DNA of 64,000 bases from positions 298,159 through 362,158 of the forward strand of contig NMRA01000391.1 of the NCBI GenBank assembly GCA_002633005.1. Direction: 5' to 3'. Shown here piece by piece: positions 49,501 through 60,967 of this stretch (position 1 is the first letter of the stretch; each line of letters starts with the position of its first letter). This DNA is from Phoronis australis. Lineage: Eukaryota; Animalia; Phoronida. The notes under the pieces were generated by a model. That model was not told the DNA's origin, did not search any database, and saw only the letters and a program-made list of their open reading frames with translations. Position numbers and translations under genes: made by a program.

Positions 49501-51935
49501 ACAAAAATGAAGCTGGTAACCGCTAACTAGTGATTCGCATATATTGTCAGGTCATGGAACAGGCGTTGTACTCTCTTACCCATCGCCCTATTGCCACCTT
49601 TACGATGATGACCAGTTAATTCCAACAGTTTTTCTATTCTTTCAAAACAATCCCTTCTAATCTGAGGAAGATGAAGGTTAAGGCTGACTTTATTGTGGTA
49701 ACTGTGTCATACAAAGGCTCCATTGGGACTAGTAATATTCCTTGTTTGAGGCACATTGCTGAAACATAGCATGAAACTTACTCCAGTCAGCATCAGTTCT
49801 CTCCTGTATAAATGGCTTTAAGAGCATTGCTCATTTTGATGCAGGTTGTTAACATGAGACTGTAGTCCTCTCAGCTTGCTTTTCACAGTATCTCACAGAG
49901 AAATGCCAGCTTGTTTTCACTCTTAATTAGCAGTTGCCATGGCAACACCAGTGCAAGTTTATTAGAAGTGACAGGGTTGGTCTGAGCTGCAGTTTTCCAC
50001 TGATTAGTGCCCACACTGGGCCATTGATGTTTGCCCTCGTCTCCATCATGATCAAAGCAGAGCTACGTGGGACATTTTCTCAATTTCCACTATCTCCAAG
50101 CTATTTCTCCTCGACACTGGGTATTTAGGGGATCAATTAGAGCTTGTCTGCCTAAATGTCTGCCATGTAAGGGTGACAAGTCAAATTTGCCACTGTATTA
50201 ATTTTATGCAAATAGTAATTCCATCCCAGCGGCTTCAGATGCTTGAAAGCTTAATTCACCTCATTCACTTTGTCGGTCTTTTTTGGTATATACGGCCTGT
50301 TATTGAATCTTATTGGCTTATTGACTGTCAGAATCGTTCTATAATGTCATGGCCAATAGCTCCTTCAGAACTTGTGGAGTCTACATGGATGCCATAACAA
50401 TTTAATGACCATTTTTTATGCTTCTTAAATTGCATGCCTTAAGACCCCCATTAATGTCTCACTGATGTCTCTGTGTGTTGAATGGTAGCTAGTCTCAGAC
50501 AGTGAGTGAAGCCAGACTTGTCATAGCAGTGGTTTCAGGCATGTTTGGAGCCAGTGTGAGCCCTGTTGGTTGCTTGCTGTCTACCGCAGGCTCTTGCCAC
50601 TCCACTCTGTTTACTCACCGCCTATTATATTAATCAGATATTTTTGTCTACAACGGGTTTTTTAGTTTACCACTGGCTCCTCTTGAAAACTGCACACCAG
50701 ACAATTTCCTGTTCACCTCATCTGGCCAGACTTTTATATGACCCTGAGCAGTGGTGGAAAGATGCAATCTTATCCCTGTTTATAGCACACCTTATATTTT
50801 TATAGTCCTTTAATCAGGGTCATTACATGAGGGTAAGAGACCATTTGCTGTTCCATCTAATGTCGCCACCCCCTGTGTGATCGGGTTTAGATGCTGTGGC
50901 TCAACATGAGGTCTTCCACAGAGCCTGCAGCCTAACACATTCTTGTCAGGGGTTGGAGCCTAGCAAATCACCAGCGGAGACACGCAATATTACACTGCAG
51001 GTTTTATGAGTCTGGGAGCATGCGTAAAAAACAACTCATCTTTTTAGACCATTTATTAGTCATTTGCATCTAATAAAAGTATGTCTCCAGCATTTGTAGT
51101 GGAGACATACTACACAGACATATTTCTTATTATTCTCTGGTCGTGTCCTTACGTTGAACTTCTGCAGGAGCTGAAATTACATTTGACTGGTTGCATTTCA
51201 TCACGTTCCAGAGTATCCTGTCGTTACTCCTTTTGTTTAAAAAAGATACAAAATGTGCGAGTCATTTTTTTAATCTTGAGATGTCAGGCTACCACTGCCA
51301 GTGTATAATTTACATCTAATTTAAATCCAAGACATATCTCGTTTCTTGAACATTCGGTATTTAAAATTGCCAAGTGTTAATTTCTGTTTTTATTTCTTGC
51401 AGACTCTACAGGTGCCCACTCCAAGCCGTACTGGTGCAACGTGGCCTATTGGGAGTTACGACAGAGGGTAGGCCGATTATTTACAGTATTTGATGACAGT
51501 ATGCATATATTTCAAGACCTACCTCATGGCAATGGCCTCTGCTTGAGTGTTCTGCAAAAAGAGCCAGAGACTGCTGCAGTTCGAAGGACTAGAGAGAAAA
51601 TTGGCCTTGGCCTGACACTAAGCAGGGAGGCTGATGGTGTTTGGTGCTATAACCGCTCTGAGTACCCGATCTTTGTTAACTCGCCAACATTGGAACCTCC
51701 AAACTCACGGACATGCATAGTTCGAAAGATTAAGCCTGGATATTCTTGTAATGTGTTTGACTATGAAAAGATGGCTGAAGTACGCAAACTGAGTGAGCAC
51801 GACCCCACCGATGGACCATATGACCCCAATGCTGTGCGCATCAGTTTCGCCAAAGGCTGGGGACCATGTTATACACGACAGATTCTGACTTGTTGCCCCT
51901 GCTGGCTGGAAATATTACTGAAAACTAATAGGTGA
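28163..51935 (+). CDS. SMAD6/7: Inhibitory Smad (Smad6/7 orthologue), 4 exons: 28163-28562, 30720-30767, 31253-31330, 51403-51935; 352 aa
   Basis: MFRSRKS..KRLWK N-terminus, degenerate MH1 ([16 protein letters not shown]), PY motif, and MH2 ending [10 protein letters not shown] with no SSXS; all GT-AG introns are phase 1; total 1059 nt. Confidence 0.93.
29623..29771. mobile_element. Dimeric GC-rich mini inverted-repeat element; second copy at ~55187-55330
   Basis: catgggcggcgcac...poly-G...gccgcccatg unit in tandem; the same dimer recurs at 55.2 kb. Confidence 0.8.
30720..30767 (+). CDS. SMAD6/7: Smad6/7 exon 2 ([16 protein letters not shown]; PPxY WW-domain-binding motif)
   Basis: Acceptor tttttcag|AA, donor G|gtattt; resembles I-Smad ESPPPPYS. 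Confidence 0.88.
31253..31330 (+). CDS. SMAD6/7: Smad6/7 exon 3 ([26 protein letters not shown])
   Basis: Acceptor tatttcag|AC, donor G|gtaagc; STET motif of I-Smad linkers. Confidence 0.85.
34719..34831. repeat. 55-bp near-perfect tandem duplication
   Basis: tcaaaagaataaatataggtaccaccatgtaacacttatgtggatcatttgt starts at 34725 and 34780. Confidence 0.95.
43407..43512. repeat. 19-bp minisatellite, about 5.5 copies
   Basis: caacttaccccacttg(c/t)ga units; reverse-oriented gggtaacttg motifs follow. Confidence 0.95.
45607..45935. mobile_element. MITE with TTAA target-site duplication (Kolobok/piggyBac-type ends)
   Basis: TTAA|agggacattatacgc ... gcgatagtgtccct|TTAA. Confidence 0.75.
51403..51935 (+). 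CDS. SMAD6/7: Smad6/7 exon 4 (MH2 domain)
   Basis: Acceptor ttcttgcag|AC; WCNVAYWE...RISFAKGWG...CPCWLEI; TGA at 51933-51935. An in-frame alternative AG lies at 51410-51411. Confidence 0.95.
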
Positions 51936-54053
51936 TACTGTCTGCACGCTGGGTGACGACGGGATATTTATTTCAATTACGGGTTGTTTCGTCCTCTGAA
52001 TTTTGTGCCAGGATCAGTGGATTATCTAGCTTAGTAGCAGAAGCTTCAACCTGCTGTGTCAGGTCACTGAGTCATGTGGGCATTTGTGACCGACGACCTC
52101 TGACTTCTGACCTACGCAGGGAAATCAGCACAATACCTGTGTTTTCAGGCAATATAAAAAGAGAGCATTCCATGAATTCCAAAGAGTTCTCTGAGATCAC
52201 TCTGAGCGTTATGCGTCAGCGTGGCAGAGTCTAGTGATTCTCGGTAAAAGACTAAAAACCTGTGCACTGGCCACTTTATTGTACAGGTAGCATGTAACAG
52301 TATTTTTGTCTCTCTGTGAGAGTTTGTTAGTTATACCTCAGTGAGTTCAGTAGAATAACAGGCATTAATTGTCCAAGCAGTAGCACCTGAGTAGAGGTTA
52401 TCACTTGGACAATGGTCATTGACTCTCGTTTATCATCAGGTGATCTCGCTATGTTGCAGCTTACTTCAGAAATATCTGGTAAAAATTGTTCCCTTTAGGA
52501 TAAGCCAAGTTTGGTTTAAAAGAAAAAATTGCAGTTTTGTAAGCATTATTTGTCTGGTGCAGTTGTCACTAACATTGTTGAGTGCTCATCAATAGTTTCC
52601 ATTCTAGTAATTACATTTGTTAACAGTGAAATTCAAGGATAATCAGTAATGACAATTTCTTCCTGAACAAACCAGGTTAAAATCTTAGTAGCCAGCCTGT
52701 CTCCATGCGCATTTGTTTGGAGAATAATGCTCCCCATCTGGTTTGGTTAATAAGACAATACCATTAAATCAACTGTTGATATTTAATTTACCAGCATTTG
52801 CCCAGTGAAGCAGACCCTGGCTGGCGAGTACATTAATTGCGTGCCCAGACTACAGTCGTCATTCATAGATCAATTTTTAATAAGGTTAATTACATCGGAG
52901 TCACCATTATTGAGAGACGCCATTGATTCATGAGATTAATCCCATTGGGAGGCTATTTGGACACTTGACTGGTCGCATAACAATGGCTGCATGGCTGTTA
53001 CTGAGGAGCAGTGTGTGCAGTGGAGCCTTCTCATTCCCCTGAGGAAGGTCCTGGTGAGAGCTAGAGATATTCACCATTTGCAGCATCACATCTTGTGTCC
53101 AGTGAAAATCATGGTTCATATGTCTGTAGATTGCTCGAAATACACATAATTATTCAGTAAGACTGCTGGTGGTCTTTCTGAATGGTGGAAGCTGACTTTT
53201 TATACATGTGAAATTCCTTTTTTTTAACACAAATTGACTGGCCAGTTTGCTTACACAGAACTTCTGCACAGTTTCTACTGTTTGCAGTTCATATCAGGTG
53301 TAACACTGAAGTATAATCACCTTGTGTTTATTTATTTTTACCTATGCAGCATGTTCACAACTTTGAATGGGGCTATAATAGGCAGAGCTACATACAGTTG
53401 TATTAAATTAAGTCTAAATCGTCAATGTCAAAGTTGGACAAATAAAAGTTCACAGCTGTAAATCTAGATTCAGAAGCAATCAATAGACTTTTCGCACATA
53501 AAACTGGGAATTCCAATTCGACCATACTAACTATAGAGATTTCTAAAGATGGTGTTGTATGTGGTTTCCTTTTTCGAAGAATGTCCTCCTTTAATAACAA
53601 TCTAGTCGTTTCTATTTTTTTTAATCACCTATTGTATTGTGAATCCCTTTATTTATTGTAAATATCATTAGACAGTTAATTATAAGTGAACAACAGATGT
53701 ATCAATCGTGTTCTTTCGTACTATTTTTTATTGTATTTACTTTCAACTGCGCTGCAACATGTCGAGTTTTGAAATGTTGGACCAATTGACTTCGAAGAAC
53801 GTGATTACCGAGATAAACGTGAAATCAACAGTTGTTTTTGAAGCTTCAAAGCACTTGTTTGTTGACTGTGTCAGCCAGTGACTTGATGTTATTCTATTAA
53901 GTGAATACACGTTTTGTATTGTACAATTTGTATAATTATGTATATTGTTACTGTGTATGGGTTTTCTTGTGAAAACCAATGCAGGGGGATGATATATACC
54001 ATCGTATGCACTGACTACGTTGATTATATCATGTTTCTATTCTTGCAATATCA

Positions 54054-54059
54054 AATAAA
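54054..54059 (+). terminator. Likely Smad6/7 poly(A) signal (3' UTR about 2.1 kb)
   Basis: AATAAA followed by a T/GT-rich tract; AT-rich UTR with TGTAAATA at 53657; composition changes just downstream. Confidence 0.55.
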
Positions 54060-57000
54060 ATAATGAAAATTTGTAACGAATTTTATTTCTGTTGTACGTT
54101 TAATGCAACCTTTTCTTTTCCCAAGTATGCTTTGAACTGGTTTCTGTTTGTCTCATCTGGAACACTTCGGGTATCTTCGTAGCCTCACCTTGTCTCGGAG
54201 GTGTTTCATACTTGCGCATGTGCGACCACATTCAGACTCAAAATGGAGAATGACGTTGAACGAGGTGGGATTCCCCTGTGATTACAGGCTTAAACGAAAG
54301 TTAGCAGCAGTGGCGGATAAAATTCCCCCAGATACCATTTGGCAGTTCGGGGTACGAATTGCTAACTACCATATGCGCGCACCAAGGGGACTCGGGGGTA
54401 TGCACAATCCATAGGCCTTGAACAAACCCCGTTTACCGTTTTTTTTTTAGAGATAAGGTTCACAAACCCAAAAATTCGAGGCCCCTANGGACGTGTGCAG
54501 ATATGAAACACCTCCAAGTGGAGATACAGACATACCTTGACTATCACGTTACTTTGTACACCAGGGCAGTCATTTTATTCTGTTTTGCTATGTACCATGC
54601 AAGCCGGTGACCTTGAAATAAAATTAATGCTCTTACTCAGAAAACGTAAGGTCGATTTTCATGAAATAGATCCCATAACCCATGTATTATCGTGCTCTTT
54701 CCAGTGGTATCACTTTCGGTTATATTTTGGAATTAAATGAAAATCTTAATGAGTCATTCAGTTAAGTATCCCGCTAATAATGTTCACCGTACTTTTGTTT
54801 TATTTGTCAGTATTTTGCATTTGATATATCAAGGCCCCACCTTGGTCCGCCTGTGTTCCACGCAGGTGTGTTACAATGATCTTTCACACAACGTGGCGCC
54901 GCGTGCGTTCACAGCTATTTATAGCACAATGTCCGATCTCGCCTGCTCTATTCCCCCAGGGGATAATTTGAGGCTACGAAAATATCCAAGATGTTCTGGA
55001 TGTGTTTTGTATCACATTTCGCAAATCGCAATATTTCGTGACGTAAATCCGAGGCTTCTCTGCAGTTTGAGCGCGATGTGCGCAAATCATTTTGTTTCGT
55101 CGACTATTTTTTAACTTTACTATTGTCATTTTGCCGTGGCCATTAGGAGTTGCGTGAACTTCGCGCGTTGAGTTTTACGACTGTGGCACGGGCGGCACAC
55201 CATAGGGGGCTGGGGGGGGGGGGGTATAGCCCTTACTTTTTTCTGTGCTGCGCCGCCCATGGTCTATGATCGGTGCACCATAGGGGGCTAGGGGACTAAA
55301 GCCCCGCTTTTTTCAGTGCTTATCGCCCGGCCATGTGTGGGGCAACGGTTATGCTGCACAATGAGGGCAGTTTGGTCCTGGTCAACTCTGAGTCATTTTT
55401 CACGGGGTCTAACTTAAATGTGAACATCGTGAAAAATCAGACCAAGGGAATTTTTCAATAGATAGGGCTAAGTGAAATGACGGTACCCCTACCGTAAAAG
55501 TGTTTGTTGTGCTTGTTCTTTTTTGCGTTTCCAAGGAGAAAATGCCTAGAAGAAACGTGTGCGGTGGGTTGTCTTCGGGCAAGCAGTTGGTTTGCAAAAC
55601 AATGTTCGAGACGACTAGCAATGAATTTGATGTTTTGGTAACGCCTTCACATCAGTTTTGCGCAGTAGCGTACTAGGGGTGGCTGCGCACCCTCGCGGGT
55701 CGTCACCTATTTTCCGCTGCCGCCCTCAAATTACCTCCACCCCTTTGTTGCGAACAATTTTCGCCATCCTCATACTTTCCTTTTCGAGCCCCCAGTAGAA
55801 GTGGTAGCCGGAGTAGGCCCTACGTAGCACCCAATGACCCCAAACCATCTGCGGGTCCTTTAGTACTTGGTTACGCCCGCCTTCGACACTGAAGGCACAG
55901 CGAGGGGTGATTTTTCACCGGTTCTACAGGAAAGGAAACTGTGAAAATGCGACTCGGGTTCGTTTGTCAACTTGAAGAATGAACCGTGTGGTCATTATGT
56001 ATTTCATGGGGTCAAAATTTAATGCTACGCCAGTACAGATAGCGACCAACGAACGGGGAGCGACATTGAAAGAAAGAGGGAGCGCTGATTCCTCGATCAC
56101 CGCAATCCAAGACAGTCGGCCGGTCTGAATATTCTACCTACAAGTACACTAAGTGCCTACATGTGAACCTGTTTCTCGGTGATACTCGGAAATCGAGACT
56201 GCATTCTAATAGATACGGGTCGGATACGGCCTCCTGACACCGGAACCCTTTTACGTCAGCGCTAAAGTTGCACACTTCCCTTGCCTGGTTAGGCAACTCT
56301 TTCGCTGCTCGAAAAATAAAGCAGACTCGCCTCATTCGCTCTGTCATTAAGTTCACCACCGTTTTCGTGTCTGTTCAGTGACATATGATCTTGTTCTGAA
56401 CCCGAAGAATGATCACTTCGCACCGCGCAACATAGCTGGTCAAACGAACGCCTTCTGCTAAGAAAATGCATCGATAAACCTAGCTTTTAAGCATTGTCTA
56501 TGAAACACGATTTACGCAGATAGAGACAGATTCCATGGCCTTGGTCTAAATTCGAGCTGCGACCCTGTGAACCCCAGTCCCGGATCAGAAGACACCAAAC
56601 CCGCGGTACATATTTCCCGATCCACAATCCTAAATTCCGTTCACGCGCCGAAATTGCTTCAAAAACGGTGACCCAACTCCACTCAGCGGGGACTCGTGAA
56701 TCTGATCCCCGGGACTGCAATTAGGTTATCGTGTGTGGAGCATTTTCGGTGACAGTATGGTTGGTATTTTTATCCCGGATTTGGTTTCTCATGGTCCGAG
56801 ACTGGGGCTCCGGGGTTCGTAGCTGAAATTTAGAGGCTCAGCAATGGAACTGTTTCTAGTCTTTGTTATGGTAATTGTTTCTGCATTGCCAAGACCTGAA
56901 AGTTAATTGTTCGAAGAAGATTTCCAGTGAATGGCGACGTGCGCGTTTTTAATATAATTCCACTAACAACAGAGGGGTTTTTCCTTCCCAGAAATGCTGT

Positions 57001-59517
57001 CACAGTGTCACTACGTACTGAGGTAAAAACTCAAAAGAATTGAATATATATCCGCTGTTTGCTTACAATTGTCAAACAACGTTTTGTTCTTTAATTTTAG
57101 CATCGTTAGGATTATAATTTACTTTGAGACTATTTTCATCAGTTGCCACGAATATACTACCTTGTCCATGAAAGTATAAGGCCATCTGTGGATTTTAATG
57201 GACAGCCTCGCTCGTAAGCCATAGGTTGATCCAGGAGTCGGACCGGGGCCCGGACATCCTGGCCCGGAGCCAGCATTAGTCGCTTTCGTAAAAGCTTGCC
57301 CTAGGCCTAATTAAACTTGCCGTATAGGCCTAATATTAGGCATTGTAGTCTCCCTACCCCTCATGACACCATGGATCCGTCAGCCATTTTTCACCAAATG
57401 GAGATCAAAAATTAGGGTTGATTGAAGAAGATCCTGAGTTGCAACTTTAACCATAATACTCGTATAGTTCAAAGTTGCGCCAAATCACACTTAAGTAAAA
57501 ACAGCACGTACGCCAATGTGCCGGAAAGTAATCAAATAATATCAGCCAATGGCGTTTTATGATCCAGTTTTATGCATTGACTAATCCAGTATCAGACTGA
57601 TGTAACCTTGTTTTCGAATCACCTTATACAAGCGCCAGTCGCTGAGTGGAATAGACTCCAAACCGGGGCTCCAAACCGACTGAACCACAGCTGAGAGCGA
57701 ACCGACGCCCGGAAACATCGGACACGTTTAAAATGCCTTACCGGAAATAAGTGTAGAACGGTCGACTACTGAAGGACAAAACAAGCTTCTTTGAGAAGAT
57801 CGCTGACGCCTCGCTGTTCGACAGATGAAATGTCATGATGATTACTAAACGTTCGCGAAATCACTGGCGCAAAAACCAGCACAAATCTGATTAGGAAAGT
57901 AAAGGAATGTTTGAAAATTGGTACGCACGGACAAAATTTCAAAAAATATAAAATATCATAGTGAAACTCTTGGTCGAATTATCGAGACTTCTTCATCGCA
58001 CCGTCAAAACTTATGACGTGCTTACGTGGACTATAAGAATAAACGGTTTTGGTATTTCCAAATAGTTCTCGATCATTTGTAGCGCTGCGATCAGAGTGAA
58101 TACACCTTTGACTATTTTGCTAAATAATTCTTTCAAATAAGAAATATGGAATGTGTCATTAGTGGAAATTTGAACCATTTGACACATTGTGGAATGAAAT
58201 GGCCGATATTCTAGTTAATCCGATAAGTAATGTGTTTATATATACTATCAATGACTTAGTGCCGACTTGACGCCGGGCTGGCTCGACCTATGTCTATTGA
58301 CCTAAAAACAACGTACTCACAGTCGCACTCGGTGAGTGACCCAATAACCGCGCATTGATTGATAAATAGATATAGGGAAATGTGGGCTTTCAGGAGTATC
58401 TACTTAACGCTGAATGTTTTCTGACATTTTCCATCTCAAAAATTATTTTTGCGACGTAGTAAAGCTAATAAGTTGGCATAAACTTAGGCCTGCATGAATT
58501 GATTCCTCTTCATTCACAGAAATGTCACGGAGACGACCATTTCCTTCAGATCATCTGATTTGAGTGCAAGGTATCCATAGAAACACACGTTTCAAAAAGA
58601 TTAATCTCTCATTGTAAAACACTATTTCATATTTTCCGTAAATTGTTTGGTCGTTTCGTCTTCATCGCTGGAGAAAGTACTACTTGCGTCGTCTGGCGGA
58701 GAGATGTGTAATACACGTTCACTTGAAGGATCGGATCGTTCTTGCTATCGACTTTATTTATATTTGAATAGTCATAACCACTATTTAAAAGTCGAGTCAA
58801 AGTAAATTATACACAAACTTTACACGGCCTGGGGCGTTTTCACAATTAGTTGTTTACACTGATATCAGTAAACTAACATGTACATATAATAAATATTAAT
58901 CAAGATAATTGTATAACAGAATAATGAAACATATTTTTGCATGACTGGATTTTTTGTTTTATTTACTTCTCGAATTAACGGGACTTGCTCATCACACTCA
59001 ACTGTCCTATAGATACTAGACGACAGTGACGTGTTAGCAGTAACGCGTTTAAGGGATCGCGCCTAATTATTGACAAAGCGTAATCTAGGGAGGGGTAAAA
59101 GGACACAATTCGTTTTAGATCCGAAAAACGCATTTTTTGGAATTGTTTTTGGACCGTATTGATTTAATGAAGTCATTAGCCTTGACCAGAGCTATAATCA
59201 GTATGATATTATCAGAAATCAGCGACTCGTCACAAATTTAAGGCTTCCAGTCAAAGCAAAATGAAGTCGAGGCGGCGACCACATCTGTTGTTTTCTGGGC
59301 GTGAAAATGGCAGTTGTAGCCCGAGTAGTCCATTAGCCCTGGATAATCCGGGCAGGCTCCACGGCTCGACCTCATAACGCAGGAAGAGTAAAAGAAACTT
59401 TGGGGAAAGCCGCACACCCAACACACGCTCACATCATAACTCTGGCATACATTTAGATATTACCGATGACAGCCACAGACGCACATGGTTTCATATGAGC
59501 TACGAGGTAGAATCGAA

Positions 59518-59686
59518 AGGGCGGATCCAGGATTTTTAGTTGGGGGGCAGGGCAGAAGAGTATTGCCCAGGATTTTCCCGGCAAACATTTGCATCAGTCC
59601 CCAAATTGCTTAATGGGACCTGTAACCTGGGAGAGTTTTAGGGGGGGCATGGCCCCATTGCCCCCCCCCCCCTAAATCTGCCACTG
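59518..59686. mobile_element. Short non-autonomous element (gggcggatccagga ... taaatctgccactg)
   Basis: Imperfect terminal inverted repeats and G/C runs; same ends as 60712-60967 in the opposite orientation. Confidence 0.7.
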
Positions 59687-60711
59687 AATCATGTAGCTTG
59701 AACGGGTTAACATGTGCTGTAAGTGTACTCAGGCTACGACAAGTCATTCAATTTCGCAATGTAGTACTGATCAAAGTCAGCCTATAAAGTCAACGGGATA
59801 TGCGAGAAATACAGGCGAAGTCCCGAAGCACATTGGTGGAGTAACCTAGATATCTATAATAAGCATTTGGGCCTTGGAATCGAGCGCGCTGGACTGCTGT
59901 GCGAGAACATGCTCGAACTTCACTGCTCGGGTAGACAGCCGGGTTGATTCATTCTTCTCGTTTTTCAGAAATACCTTGACATTCATGATACTTTTGATTG
60001 ATTTTAAGTGTAAACCTAAAATTATTTTTGAAGGACTTGTAATGTTTCAGTGCTTGACTAATCAACCAATTGAATTCTGAGCCGAGTCTCACACACATTT
60101 TCGAATGATCTCAGCTTTAAACTCGTCGCTTGCTTAATCTAGTAATCGTAACTGCAACTTTACTACGCAGTTTTTTGGTTGGATGACTACTACCAGAGTA
60201 TTGGGTTTTTCGACATCTCTCTAAAATTACATATTGGACAAAGAAAGCCTGTGAGCCGCGGTAAGGCGTAGGTGAATCTCACGTAATTCGTCAAGAAAAT
60301 AGAGGGTCACTGGCCTTGCAGATTTTTGTGAAAAGAAAAACTCATTCATTTAAGAAAATCGATGTTTTTTATGAAAAAGATCTGAACAACTGTTGAATTA
60401 CTGAATTCGTTTGCATGCATCATTGGCGCCTTTCATGCATCATCAACGGCCGGTTTGCGTTTTCAAAATGTTCTAAAAAATGTCGGGGGCAACTTCTACA
60501 TGGAAAAAGTCACAATTTACTTTAGTAATGTGTATGGGGTGGAATGGGTTTGCCAGGCCAAAAGGGTGCGTTTTATAAATATGGACGATACCTTGCAATT
60601 TGAAACATGGCGGTATTTCGTCGCAGACAAAGATATTGCACATTCTATACTACCGTATTTTGGGTACAAATTGAGTGTTTTCTCTACCTCAGGACAGGAA
60701 AAAGTAATGAC

Positions 60712-60967
60712 CAGTGGCGGATTTAGGGGAAAATTCTCCAAGATTCCAGTTGGCAGTTCGGGGTGCGAATTACTGACTAACATATGCGCTCGGGTGACGA
60801 ATGCACAAGCGTTGAACAACCCGGTTTTTTAGTAATAAGGTCCGCAAACACAAAAATTCGAGACCACCTACATCTTTACAATTTAGGCTGGTTGCGCGCA
60901 TGAGGCGAAATTCTGGTTGTTCCTGTGCCCTGCCTCCCCCCAACTTTAAATCCTGGATCCGTCCCTG
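60712..60967. mobile_element. Non-autonomous element (cagtggcggatttagggg ... tcctggatccgtccctg); internally similar copy at ~54308-54485
   Basis: TIR-like ends; shares tggcagttcggggt.cgaatt, catatgcgc and caaaaattcgag with the 54.3 kb copy. Confidence 0.72.
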
